Part shown: one piece after another, positions 1 to 9,582 of the stretch
Layout: every line of letters starts with the position of its first letter
Numbering within the stretch: position 1 is the first letter of the stretch
Assembly (NCBI GenBank): GCA_965263065.1
Contig: CBDHGH010000003.1
Location: forward strand, 1,564,537 to 1,628,536
DNA: 64,000 bases
Direction: 5' to 3'
Origin: Dehalococcoidia bacterium
GTDB lineage: Bacteria > Chloroflexota > Dehalococcoidia > Bin125
Notes under the pieces: generated by a model
The model's database searches: none
Seen by the model: the letters and a program-made list of their open reading frames with translations, nothing else
Told to the model about the DNA's origin: nothing
Program-made: the position numbers and the translations under genes

Positions 1-39
1 GCCCGCCGGCGGCGTCGCAGAGGCCGGTGGGGGCCTGCC

Positions 40-858
40 GTGAAGATCCTCTCCTGGAACATCGCGCACCGGCACGAGCCCTGGCGCTGGCTGCTGGACA
101 CGGACGCGGACCTGGCGCTTTTGCAGGAGGCCGGTGAGCCCCCGTCGGATGTCGCCGAGCGCATTTGCGCCGACTCCGCGCCATGGCGCACCCCGGGGGC
201 GGAGGGCGGCCGCCCCTGGCGCGCGGCAGTGGTGAAGCTCTCGGATCGCGTCGAAGTGGACTGGATTGACGCGCAGTCCCTGGTGGAAGCGGGCTGGGAT
301 GGTCTGGCCGCCAGCCGGCCCGGCTCCCTGTCGGCCGCGCGCGTGACTCCAGCGGAGGGCGAGCCCTTCGTTGCCGTGTCCCTGTACGCGCTCTGGGAGG
401 GCCCCCACGCGTCCACCGGCAGCAGGTGGATATTCGCCGACGCCTCGGCGCACCGTCTCATCTCCGACCTCTCCCGTTTCATTGGAACCCAGCGCGAGCA
501 TCGCATCGTCGCGGCCGGGGATCTCAACATTGCGCGGGACTACCCGGCGTGGGGCCCCTATTGGGCCGCGCGTGAGGCGACGGTGTTCGCCCGGATGGAG
601 GCGCTGGGGTTGACCTGCGTCGGGCCCCAGGCCCCGCACGGGCGGCAGGCCGAGCCGTGGCCCGATGGGCTCCCCAGAGAGAGCAAGAATGTCCCGACGT
701 TCCACCACAACAGACAGACGCCCGCCAGGGCGACGATCCAGGGTGACTTCGTGTTCGCGTCCCGATGGATGTCCAGTTCGGTGCGGGTGCGCGCCCTGAA
801 CGACCCAGAGCAGTGGGGGCCCAGCGACCACTGCCGCGTGGAGATCGAGGTCTCCTGA
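40..858 (+). CDS. Endonuclease/exonuclease/phosphatase (EEP) family protein, copy 1
   Basis: Motifs ILSWNI, LLQE, AAGDLN, DFVF and C-terminal SDH; GTG start. Confidence 0.85.
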   Translation: MKILSWNIAHRHEPWRWLLDTDADLALLQEAGEPPSDVAERICADSAPWRTPGAEGGRPWRAAVVKLSDRVEVDWIDAQSLVEAGWDGLAASRPGSLSAARVTPAEGEPFVAVSLYALWEGPHASTGSRWIFADASAHRLISDLSRFIGTQREHRIVAAGDLNIARDYPAWGPYWAAREATVFARMEALGLTCVGPQAPHGRQAEPWPDGLPRESKNVPTFHHNRQTPARATIQGDFVFASRWMSSSVRVRALNDPEQWGPSDHCRVEIEVS

Positions 859-868
859 CGGTCCGCTG

Positions 869-914
869 CTAGCGGATGTTCCGCAGGCGCGGATCCATCG
901 CGTCGCGTACGCCG
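869..914 (-). repeat. Displaced copy of the last 15 codons (including the stop) of the DppC-like permease; direct repeat of 1919-1964
   Basis: Reads GVRDAMDPRLRNIR* on minus; 42/46 nt identical to 1919-1964, with all 4 differences at synonymous third positions. Confidence 0.9.
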
Positions 915-1083
915 GCGCGTCCCAGCCGGCCTCAGGCCAGCCGATCGCGCCGCGGTCGGGCGCCCAGCGTTCATGGGGCGTAGGCCCCTAGACTCCCACG
1001 CACCGCACGACCGCAGCGAAGGGAAGCTCGTAATGCCCCCAGCACTCGACCCATCCACCGCCAAGGAGGCCGCCGGCGCCCCC

Positions 1084-1908
1084 GTGAAGATCATCTCCTG
1101 GAACATTGCCAATAAGTACGAGCCTTGGCATTGGCTGCTGGACACGGACGCGGACCTGGCGCTCTTGCAGGAGGCCGGCGAACCGCCGCCGGAGATCGCC
1201 GGGCGCATCTCCGTCGGCCCCGATCCCTGGTGCATCCCCGGGGCGGACGGAAAACGCCGCTGGCGGTCGGCGGTCGTGAAACTCTCGGATCGCGTCGAAG
1301 TGGACTGGATCGAGGCGCAGTCCCTGGTGGAAACGGGCTGGGATGGTCTGGCCGCCAGCCGGCCCGGAGCGCTGGCTGCCGCGCATGTGACGACGCGACA
1401 GGGAGAGCCCTTCGTTGCGGTCTCAATGTACGCGCTATGGGAGGGCCCCCACTCCTTGACTGGCCGCAAGTCCGAGATCTTCGCCGACGCCTCGGCGCAC
1501 CGCTTGATCTCCGACCTTTCCCGCTTCACCGTCTCCGGGCGCGGGCGCCGAATCCTCGCCGCCGGAGACCTCAATATCCTCCACGGTCACGGGGAGCACG
1601 GCAGCGGCTACTGGGCCGCGCGTTACCAAACGGTCTTCGACAGGATGGAGGCCTTGGGGCTGACCTTTGCCGGGCCCTAGGCGCCCGACGGGCGTCAGGC
1701 GGATCCGTGGCCCGCTGAGTTGCCCCTGGAGAGCAAGAACGTCCCGACGTTCCACCACAACAAACAAACGCCCGCGACGGCGACGCGTCAACTGGACTTC
1801 GTCTTCGCATCCCAGGGGATGTCCGATTCGGTGCGGGTGCGCGCCCTGAACGACCCGGAGCAGTGGGGACCCAGCGACCACTGCCGCGTGGAGATCGAGG
1901 TCTCCTGA
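1084..1908 (+). pseudogene. EEP family protein, copy 2, with in-frame TAG at 1678-1680
   Basis: Colinear paralogue of 40-858; copy 1 has GGG CCC CAG where this copy has GGG CCC TAG; the frame continues APDGRQADPWP...SDHCRVEIEVS*. Confidence 0.85.
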
Positions 1909-1918
1909 CGGTCCGCTG

Positions 1919-2854
1919 CTAGCGGATGTTGCGCAGCCGCGGGTCCATCGCGTCGCGCACGCCGTCGCCCACGAAGTTGAACGACATCACCATCAGGATG
2001 ATGGCCAGCGCCGGCGCGAGGATGGGCCAGGCGCTGCGCGTCATGATCGTGATGTAGGCCTTGGCGACCATGCCGCCCCAGGCCGGCGTGGGCGGCTGCA
2101 CCCCCGCGCCGATGAAGCTCAGCCCCGCCTCGACGAGGATGATGCCCGCTGCCGACAGCGACGCCAGCACCAGCACCGGCGCCACCACGTTGGGCAGCAT
2201 GTGGCGCAGCATGACCCGGGCCGGCGCCGCGCCGATCGCATGCGCCGCGTCGATGTAGATCTCCTGCTTGATCTGCAGCACGACGCCGCGCGTCAGCCGC
2301 GCATACCCCGGCGACCAGACGACGCCGATGATGATCATCGTGTTCTGGATGCTCGGCCCCAGGGCGGCGGTCACCGCCAGGATGAGCACCAGGCCCGGCA
2401 TCGCCATGAACGCATCGACGATGCGCATGAGCACCAACTCGTCCAGCTTGCCGCCGATGTAGCCCGCCAGCAGGCCCAGCGGCACGCCCATCACGATCGC
2501 CACCCCGATCGCGGCCAGGACGATCTGCCAGGCAATGCGGGCACCGAAGATCGTGCGGCTGAGGACGTCGCGTCCCTGGCTGTCGGTGCCGGCGATGTGG
2601 TCCCAGGCCGGCGGCTGGTAGATGCCCTCCAGCGTGAGCGTCGTCTTCAGCGGGTCCGCGGGGGCGATCAGCGGCGCGAACGCCGCTACCAGGCCGAAGC
2701 CGACCAGCAGCAGTGCCCCGAGCACCGCCGGGCGATTCCGCATGTACACGCGCAGGATCGTGCGCGCCTCGCGGTACCAGTGCTGCTCTTGAAGCCCCGC
2801 GAGCGACAAGGGGGGCGGCGCGATGCTCTCCGGCGGGGCGGTGGCGCTGGACAT
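1919..2854 (-). CDS. Peptide/nickel ABC transporter permease (DppC/OppC-like)
   Basis: GTDSQGRDVLSR motif, EAA-like loop YIDAAHAIGA, C-terminal GDGVRDAMDPR. Confidence 0.92.
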   Translation of the reverse strand: MSSATAPPESIAPPPLSLAGLQEQHWYREARTILRVYMRNRPAVLGALLLVGFGLVAAFAPLIAPADPLKTTLTLEGIYQPPAWDHIAGTDSQGRDVLSRTIFGARIAWQIVLAAIGVAIVMGVPLGLLAGYIGGKLDELVLMRIVDAFMAMPGLVLILAVTAALGPSIQNTMIIIGVVWSPGYARLTRGVVLQIKQEIYIDAAHAIGAAPARVMLRHMLPNVVAPVLVLASLSAAGIILVEAGLSFIGAGVQPPTPAWGGMVAKAYITIMTRSAWPILAPALAIILMVMSFNFVGDGVRDAMDPRLRNIR

Positions 2855-3807
2855 CAGTCCCTCCCCACACGGATGCGCGGATCGAGCAGCGGATACGAGA
2901 GGTCAACGACGAGGTTGACGGCTATGACGCAGACGGCGAAGAACATCACCACGTTCTGCACGATGTTGAAGTCCTGGCTGTTCACCACGTTCTCGACGAA
3001 CAGCCGGCCCATGCCCGGGATGCCGAACACCTGCTCGGTGATCACGGCGCCGGTGAAGATCAGCCCCGCCTGGAAGCCGAACACCGTCACGATGGGGATC
3101 AGCGCGTTGCGCAGCCCGTGCCGCACGACCACCACCCGCGTGCGCAGCCCCTTGGCCCGCGCCGTGCGGATGTAGTCATCGTTGAGCACGTTGATCATGG
3201 CCGAGCGCGTCTGCCGCATCAGCAGCGTCGTAGCCGTGAGCGCCACCGCCGTCACCGGCATCGCCATGTGCTTGAAGTTCTCGATCGGATCCTCCCAGAA
3301 GGGGACGTAGCCGATGACCGGCAGCAGATCGAGCTGCAGGCCGATCAGCAGCACCAGCCCGATGCCCGTGATGAACTCCGGGATCGAGTTGCCGACGATC
3401 ATCAGCGTGCTGCCCGTCACCTCCCGCTTCGAGCCCGGCTTCAGGGCCGCGAGCACCCCGATCGGGATCGCCACCGTCACCACCACGATCAGACTCAGGA
3501 TGCCCAGGTTGAGCGTGGCGGGAATCCGGCGCTTGAACGTCGCCGCGATCGGGAGTTGGTTGATCGTGCTCTCGCCCAGGTCGCCCTGCAGGGCGTTGAA
3601 GATCCAGCTCGCGTACCGCTCCGGCAACGGCTTGTTCAGCCCCAGCCGCTCCTTGGTCAGCTCGATCGCCTCCGGCGTGGCGTTCATCCCCACGATCCGT
3701 GCCGCCGGATCGCCCGGCAGCACGTTCATCAGCAGGAAGGCCAGGACGCTGATGATCAGCAGGATGACGATCGACGAGAGAATCCGCGTGATGGCGTAGC
3801 GAATCAT
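2854..3807 (-). CDS. Peptide/nickel ABC transporter permease (DppB/OppB-like)
   Basis: LPGDPA, DYIRTARAKGL, HGLRNALIP and LDPRIR motifs; 1-nt overlap with the dppC-like gene. Confidence 0.92.
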   Translation of the reverse strand: MIRYAITRILSSIVILLIISVLAFLLMNVLPGDPAARIVGMNATPEAIELTKERLGLNKPLPERYASWIFNALQGDLGESTINQLPIAATFKRRIPATLNLGILSLIVVVTVAIPIGVLAALKPGSKREVTGSTLMIVGNSIPEFITGIGLVLLIGLQLDLLPVIGYVPFWEDPIENFKHMAMPVTAVALTATTLLMRQTRSAMINVLNDDYIRTARAKGLRTRVVVVRHGLRNALIPIVTVFGFQAGLIFTGAVITEQVFGIPGMGRLFVENVVNSQDFNIVQNVVMFFAVCVIAVNLVVDLSYPLLDPRIRVGRD

Positions 3808-3881
3808 GCGCGCGACTCCCGCGCAGAACGGCTGGATGCCGCTGCTGCGACGACCAGCGACCCCGGGCCCGGCGAATGATA

Positions 3882-3910
3882 GAGGGGTGCGCGCACCGCG
3901 CGCACCCCTC
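3882..3910. terminator. 13-bp GC-rich intra-operon stem-loop after the SBP gene (attenuator or mRNA stabiliser)
   Basis: gaggggtgcgcgc-acc-gcgcgcacccctc is a perfect inverted repeat; no U-tract. Confidence 0.5.
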
Positions 3911-3935
3911 CCTGCGTCAGGCTTCCGGGAGCGGT

Positions 3936-5765
3936 CTAGGTCTCGAACCAGAGGTACTTGACCCCGTCGCCGACGATCCAGCCGTCGACATCGCGGTACT
4001 CGAACCCCCCGAGGTTCCCCTGCGCCGCCCAGCCCTGGTTGTACTGGGCGATGTGGTAGTTCCAGCCGTTGTCGGTCCAGTCCTGGAACAGCGCGTCGTA
4101 GTGCGGGATGCGGTCTTCCTGGCTGGGCCCGATCGCCGACGCGTTGACCAGCTTGTCGGTCTCCGCCAGCGCCTGCAGCACCTCGTCGTTCGGGTGCAGC
4201 GCCGGGTCGGCCCGGCCGGTGCGCGGGCCATCCGCGGGCGAGCCGTACTCCCAGTTCATCAGCCCCTCAATGGAGTTGCGCAGCACCGGGTCCGGATCGA
4301 ACGGCGACTCCCACGTGAGCACCGCCATCTGCCAGTCGTCGGTCGCCAGCAGCCGGTCGATGATCACCGCTTCGGAGTTCTCGACGAACTGGAAGTCGAA
4401 GCCGGCCTCCCGCAGCTGGTTGTGCACCGGCTCGGCCATGCGCCGGTGGAACTCCGTCGCGAAGCTCAGGTAGGTCCCGGTGATGCCGTCGCCGTAGCCG
4501 GCGGCCTCCATCAACTGATGCGCCTCGTCCAGGTTCGGCGAGTCGGCGTAGTAGTCCTTGTCCGGCAGCAGCGCCCAACTCTCCTGCGAGACCGGCGCGC
4601 GCGACGCTTTGCCCAGGTTCTCCGTCGCGATCGCGTTGATCGCCGCTCGGTCAATGCTCAGGTGCGCCGCGCGGCGCAGGCGCGGATCGCGGAAGAGGTT
4701 GACCTCCGGCGGCCGATCCGGGTTCAGGTTGAACCACGTCTGCTGCCATGTCTGGGCCGTCCCCGTGAGCGCCTGGAAGCCGTCCGCGATCAACTGGTCC
4801 TGCACCGCCTTCGTCATCCCGCCGGGCGGGCCCGACCAGGAGACCTCCCCGGAGAGGAACGCGTTCCACTGCGAGTTCGCGTCCGGGATGATCAGCTTCT
4901 CTAGCCCGTCCACCCACACGTTGTCGTTGTCCCAGTAGCCGTCCCAACGCTCCGTGACCCAGTTCTCGCCCTCGTTGTACTCGGTCTGGAACATGGGCCC
5001 GGCGCCGACCGGATCGGTGATCGTCGTCTCGAAGTGCTCCGGTGAGATCAGCATGCCCGTCCCCGGCGAGGCGAGGAAGTTCACCAGCGTCGGCGCGAAC
5101 GGCTCCGAGTTCACCATCCGCCAGGACTGATCGTCGACCACCTCGCGCGAGATGGACTTGGAGATGCCGGCCTGCGCGCGGGCCTGCCCGGCGAGGTCCT
5201 CCGTGTTGCGCAGGTACTCCATGTTCGCTTGCAGCGCGTGCGCGTCACACGGCGCGCCGTCCTGGAAGAGCGCGCCGGGCCGCATGTTGAAGATGTAGGT
5301 GACATCGTCCGGCAGTTCCCAACTCTCCGCCAACTCCGGCTCGATGCGGCCCGCCTTGTCGAAGCCCAGCACCGAGTCGTAGAGGTAGATCAGGTAGCCC
5401 AGGTGGTCCGCCCCGCTCAGCGAGATGTACGGGTTGAAGCCCCCGTAGATCGACTCCGACCAGGTCAGCCCAATCTGGCCACCCCGGACCGGCCCGCCGG
5501 CCGCGGCGGCCGCCTGCTCCTCCTCGTCCTCATCCATGGCCTGTTCTTCGGCCTGGGCCTGCTCGTCCTCGTCCATCGCCTGTTCTTCGGCCTGGGCTTC
5601 AGCCTGGGCCTCGGCGGCGGCGGGCGCGGCGTCATCGTCGTCGTCGTCGCCGCCACAGCCGACCATGGCCAGCCCGGCTGCGCCGACGCCCGCCTTGGCG
5701 CTCGCGCCCAGCATGGTGCGCCGGGAGATCTTCCGGCGTCGTGCGTTCGTCCAGTAGCTACTCAT
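3936..5765 (-). CDS. ABC transporter substrate-binding lipoprotein, family 5 (Tat signal), paralogue A
   Basis: ISRRTML twin-arginine motif, AMVGC lipobox, acidic linker, PELAESWE, PVGAGP, DPRLRRA. Confidence 0.9.
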   Translation of the reverse strand: MSSYWTNARRRKISRRTMLGASAKAGVGAAGLAMVGCGGDDDDDDAAPAAAEAQAEAQAEEQAMDEDEQAQAEEQAMDEDEEEQAAAAAGGPVRGGQIGLTWSESIYGGFNPYISLSGADHLGYLIYLYDSVLGFDKAGRIEPELAESWELPDDVTYIFNMRPGALFQDGAPCDAHALQANMEYLRNTEDLAGQARAQAGISKSISREVVDDQSWRMVNSEPFAPTLVNFLASPGTGMLISPEHFETTITDPVGAGPMFQTEYNEGENWVTERWDGYWDNDNVWVDGLEKLIIPDANSQWNAFLSGEVSWSGPPGGMTKAVQDQLIADGFQALTGTAQTWQQTWFNLNPDRPPEVNLFRDPRLRRAAHLSIDRAAINAIATENLGKASRAPVSQESWALLPDKDYYADSPNLDEAHQLMEAAGYGDGITGTYLSFATEFHRRMAEPVHNQLREAGFDFQFVENSEAVIIDRLLATDDWQMAVLTWESPFDPDPVLRNSIEGLMNWEYGSPADGPRTGRADPALHPNDEVLQALAETDKLVNASAIGPSQEDRIPHYDALFQDWTDNGWNYHIAQYNQGWAAQGNLGGFEYRDVDGWIVGDGVKYLWFET

Positions 5766-5839
5766 TCGAGGCCTCCTTCGCCGATGCGGACGCCCACCGA
5801 CATGTTCGGCGGGTCGCGCGCGGTCGCGGTGTGTGATGC

Positions 5840-5868
5840 AGGATGCTAAAGAAACGCGAAGCTGTCAA
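5840..5868 (-). promoter_or_regulatory. Candidate sigma70 promoter for SBP A
   Basis: TTGACA (5863-5868), 17-nt spacer, CATCCT; TAGCAT also nearby. Confidence 0.45.
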
Positions 5869-5998
5869 TAGATGGTGGAGAACCGGGCCGGACGGGGCGC
5901 CAATCGCCCCGGACGACAGGGGGCGTTGCGGTTGGGCGTGGGCGCCGCGCCGCGCGCAGTGCGCGCATCCCCGCAGCCGTCCGGCCCCTGGGAGCGCT

Positions 5999-7795
5999 CT
6001 ACGTGTCGAACCAGAGATACTTGACCCCGTCGCCGACGATCCAGCCGTCCACGTCCCGGAACTCGAACCCCCGCATGTTGCCCTGCCCCGCCCAGCCCGC
6101 GCTGTACTGCGCGATGTGATGGTTCCAGCCGTTGTCCGTCCAATTCTGGAACAGCGCGTCGTAGTGCGGGATGCGGTCTGCCTGGCTCGGTCCCACCGCG
6201 GCCGCCTCCACCAGTTTGCGGGTCTCCTCCAGCGCCTGCAGCACCTCGTCGTCGGGGTGCAGCGCCGGGTCGGCCCGCCCGGCGCTGGCGCCGTACTGCC
6301 AGCTCATCGCGGCCGAGATGGAATTGCGCAGCACCGGGTCCGGATCGAAGGGGGACTCCCACGTCAGGACGGCCATCTGCCATTCCTCGGTCCCCAGCAT
6401 CCACTCGATGATCACCGCCTCCGAGTTCTCCAGGAACTCCAGGTCGAAGCCGGCCTCGCGCAGCTGACTGTGCACCGGCTCGGCCATGCGCCGGTGGAAC
6501 TCCGTCGCGAAGCTCAGGTACACGCCGGGGACGCCGTCGGCATAGCCCGCCGCGTCCCGCAGTTGATACGCCTCCGCCAGGTTGGGCGCGTCGGCGTAGT
6601 AGTCCTTGTCGGGCAGCAGCGCCCAGCTCTCCTGCGACACCGGCCCGCGCGACGCCTTGCCCAGGTTCTCCGTCGCGATCTCGTTGATCGCCGCCCGGTC
6701 GATGCTCAGGTGCACCGCCCGTCGCAGGCGCGGATCGCGGAACAGGTTGATCTCCGGCGCGCGACTCGGGTCCAGGTTGAACCACGTCTGCTGCCACGTC
6801 TGGGCGGTCCCCGTCAGCGCCTGGAAGCCATCGGCGATCAGATCTTCCTGCCCCCGCTTGGTCATCCCGCCGGGCGGGGCGGCCCACGCGACCTCGCCGG
6901 AGAGGAACGCGTTCCACTGCGTGTTCGCCTCCGGGAAGATCAATGTCTCGACCTCGTCCACCCACACGTTGGCGTTGTCCCAGTAGCCGTCCCAGCGCTC
7001 CGCGGTCCAGTTCTCGCCCTCGTGGTAGTCGGTCTGGCGCACCGGTCCCGCCCCAACGGGATCGTCGATCGCCGTCTCGAAGTGCGCCGGCGAGATCAGC
7101 ATGCCCGTGCCCGGCGAGGAGAAGAAGTTCACCAGCGTCGGCGCGAACGGCTCCGAGTTGACCATCCGCCAGGACAGGTCGTCGACCACCTCGCGCGAGA
7201 CGGCCTTCGAGACCCCCGCCCGCGCCGTGCTCAGCCCCAGGATGTCCGGCGTCTCGCTCACGTAGTCCATGTTCGCCTGCATGGCGTGCGCGTCCACCGG
7301 CGCCCCGTCCTGGAAGACCGCCCCCGGCCGCAGGTTGAAGACGTAGGTGACGTTGTCGGGCAGCTCCCAACTCTCCGCCAGCTCCGGCGCGATCCGCCCG
7401 GCCGTGTCGAAGCCCAGCACCGAGTCGTAGAGGTAGCCCAGGTACCCCAGGTGGTCCGACCCACTGATCGCGATGTACGGGTTGAAGCCGCCGGAGATCG
7501 ACTGTGCCCAGGTCAGCGTGAGCTTGCCGCCCCGCTCCGGCCCGCCGATCTTCGTGGCAATGACCTGGTCTTCCGCTGCCTCGTCCGTCAGCTCCTCATC
7601 GCCGGCCGCCGCCTGCTCCGCCTCCTCCTCCGTATCGATCACGACCGCCGCTACGACGGTATCGTCGTCGTCGCCGCAGCCCAGCAGCGCCAGCCCGGCC
7701 GCGCCCACCCCGGCCCTCGCGCTCGCGGCCAGCATCGAGCGCCGCGAGACCCGCCGGCGGCGGAGGTTGCTCCAGTAGTTGCGGTCGTTCGTCAC
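5999..7795 (-). CDS. ABC transporter substrate-binding lipoprotein, family 5 (Tat signal), paralogue B
   Basis: Close tandem paralogue of 3936-5765; VSRRSML and ALLGC lipobox; start is GTG 7795 or ATG 7810, not the ORF-track TTG at 7882. Confidence 0.88.
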   Translation of the reverse strand: MTNDRNYWSNLRRRRVSRRSMLAASARAGVGAAGLALLGCGDDDDTVVAAVVIDTEEEAEQAAAGDEELTDEAAEDQVIATKIGGPERGGKLTLTWAQSISGGFNPYIAISGSDHLGYLGYLYDSVLGFDTAGRIAPELAESWELPDNVTYVFNLRPGAVFQDGAPVDAHAMQANMDYVSETPDILGLSTARAGVSKAVSREVVDDLSWRMVNSEPFAPTLVNFFSSPGTGMLISPAHFETAIDDPVGAGPVRQTDYHEGENWTAERWDGYWDNANVWVDEVETLIFPEANTQWNAFLSGEVAWAAPPGGMTKRGQEDLIADGFQALTGTAQTWQQTWFNLDPSRAPEINLFRDPRLRRAVHLSIDRAAINEIATENLGKASRGPVSQESWALLPDKDYYADAPNLAEAYQLRDAAGYADGVPGVYLSFATEFHRRMAEPVHSQLREAGFDLEFLENSEAVIIEWMLGTEEWQMAVLTWESPFDPDPVLRNSISAAMSWQYGASAGRADPALHPDDEVLQALEETRKLVEAAAVGPSQADRIPHYDALFQNWTDNGWNHHIAQYSAGWAGQGNMRGFEFRDVDGWIVGDGVKYLWFDT

Positions 7796-7853
7796 GGGCC
7801 GTGCTCCCATGCAGCGGCCTCCGGCCGCTCCGGGATCATTGGCTGATGCGGCG

Positions 7854-7882
7854 AATATCGCCACGTCCGCCCCGGATGTCAA
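7854..7882 (-). promoter_or_regulatory. Candidate sigma70 promoter for SBP B
   Basis: TTGACA-N17-GATATT on minus. Confidence 0.5.
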
Positions 7883-8024
7883 GCCAACGAGGTCCCCGCG
7901 CCCCGGCGCGGGCTCTCCCCACCTTACCTATTGGGCCTCATCTCCGGGACTCGGAACACGAGCCCGAGGGCCTCGCGAAGTCAGCGACCCGCAGCGGCCC
8001 GTCGAGACGCGGGCCGTTGTCGCG

Positions 8025-9488
8025 CTAGTTGCGCCGCTGCCAAGCGTCCACGCTGGACTCGATCGCCTCACGCAGCCACGAGTCGAACCGTTCCTCCACA
8101 CTCTGCGTGGCTGTGGTGAGGCGGAACGGATGAGGCGCACATTCAGTATCGAACTCTTCGACACCCTCGTCGATGTCCGTTGACTTCGCAGACTGCCCGG
8201 TGAGTGTCAGGAAGACCGCCCCGGCCATTATCCCCGGTACTCGTCCCCGGTGGTGCAAGCTCAGGACGATAGACGCATTCGGCAGGCCGGCGATCTGGAG
8301 CCTTAGGCTGACCCACCGCCGGGGCTTCGACAGGTCTGCGAAGTAGTCGTGCTGCTTGGCGCACTGAACGATCTGGTACTTCCAGTAGTGCTCGTCGTCC
8401 TCACTGCCGCGGCGAACGGTTGCTCGGAGGTCAACATCGACTTTCTGAAACGCCCGTCGCAACTCCGCCGCAACGCGCCCAAAGACTTGCTCTGCTTGGA
8501 GGACCAGATCGTCGCTGACCGACACGATCGCATCTTCCTCGCGAGTGAGGCGCCGGGCCACCTGCGCTGCGGCGGACTCACTGACGCGTACCAAGCCCTC
8601 CCCTCTGACAGTCCGGACGGCTCCGATCGCCTCTGTGAGATCGGACACCTGGATGTCGGCAAACAGGTCGGCCAAGGGTCTCAAGTCGCCGTCGTCCGCT
8701 GACGCGAGCGCGTCGAGGTACTGCTCACGGTGATCGGTGTCCCGGATGACGAGAGGGAGGAAGTTGTCCTTCACGAAGACGATGGTTGCCAGCGCGCGGG
8801 CGACTCTCCCATTTCCGTCCTGGAAGGGATGAATCTGCGTGAAACGATGGTGCAGCCAGGCGGCCTCGACCTCCGCGGGGACTCCCGCCTGGTCGTGTTC
8901 GGCCCGCCATTTCACAAGCGAATCAATCTCGTCCTGAACGAAGTCTGGCGGGCAATACTGGTGCAGGAGTCCATCCGGTCGCAACGGATTGTTCGACTGT
9001 GCCTTCCACGCCCCGTGCTCCAGTCGAATCTGGACCCGGCTCCCGAACTGGTCGACGGCATCGGTTGTCTCCTGCCGTCGAGTCAGAATGGCGTGCAACT
9101 CCTTCACGTAGCCGGAGGAAAGCTTTTTGCGATTGGCGACGAAGTCGAAGACGTAATTCAGAGCCGCGCGCTGGTCCTCAATGAGTTCATGGGCCTTCGC
9201 GGTTAGCTTCCGTCGTGCTCGGAGCTCTTCCGCCCGGCTGAGGCCAATCTCAAGCAGCGATTCGGTCACTCCCTTGTCGACGGTGTAGAGCCGCTCAATG
9301 ATCCCGGTCTCGATCGCCCAGAGGGTGTGGAGCTTCTCTTCGAACCGCTCGAGCTTTGCCGGCTCGCTAAGAACTGACTTCTCAGCGAGCCATTCATCGC
9401 GCACGCGCAGAAGGTCAGGCCGGGATAGATCTTGCCAATCTTCCGGCAAGTCTTCGATGCGCTGCCATGCGTGTGCGAGTTCAACCAC
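8025..9488 (-). CDS. Fic/DOC domain protein with C-terminal extension
   Basis: Canonical HPFQDGNGRVAR motif; sequence visibly less GC-rich than neighbouring genes. Confidence 0.9.
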   Translation of the reverse strand: MVELAHAWQRIEDLPEDWQDLSRPDLLRVRDEWLAEKSVLSEPAKLERFEEKLHTLWAIETGIIERLYTVDKGVTESLLEIGLSRAEELRARRKLTAKAHELIEDQRAALNYVFDFVANRKKLSSGYVKELHAILTRRQETTDAVDQFGSRVQIRLEHGAWKAQSNNPLRPDGLLHQYCPPDFVQDEIDSLVKWRAEHDQAGVPAEVEAAWLHHRFTQIHPFQDGNGRVARALATIVFVKDNFLPLVIRDTDHREQYLDALASADDGDLRPLADLFADIQVSDLTEAIGAVRTVRGEGLVRVSESAAAQVARRLTREEDAIVSVSDDLVLQAEQVFGRVAAELRRAFQKVDVDLRATVRRGSEDDEHYWKYQIVQCAKQHDYFADLSKPRRWVSLRLQIAGLPNASIVLSLHHRGRVPGIMAGAVFLTLTGQSAKSTDIDEGVEEFDTECAPHPFRLTTATQSVEERFDSWLREAIESSVDAWQRRN

Positions 9489-9582
9489 GGGTGGAACGGC
9501 TCCCTGCGCGAGTCAATCGGCCTCAGGACAATCTAGCAGCGGAACCGCCTTCCGACTCGGCACCCCGACCCGCCAATCTCCC

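Noticed and set aside
1678-1680. TAG as pyrrolysine or recoded amber
   Set aside because: It aligns to an ordinary Gln (CAG) in the paralogue, TAG is used as a normal stop by many genes here, and no pyl genes are present.
40-1908. Similar paired sequences as a diversity-generating retroelement (TR/VR)
   Set aside because: No reverse transcriptase in the window, and the differences are not adenine-specific.
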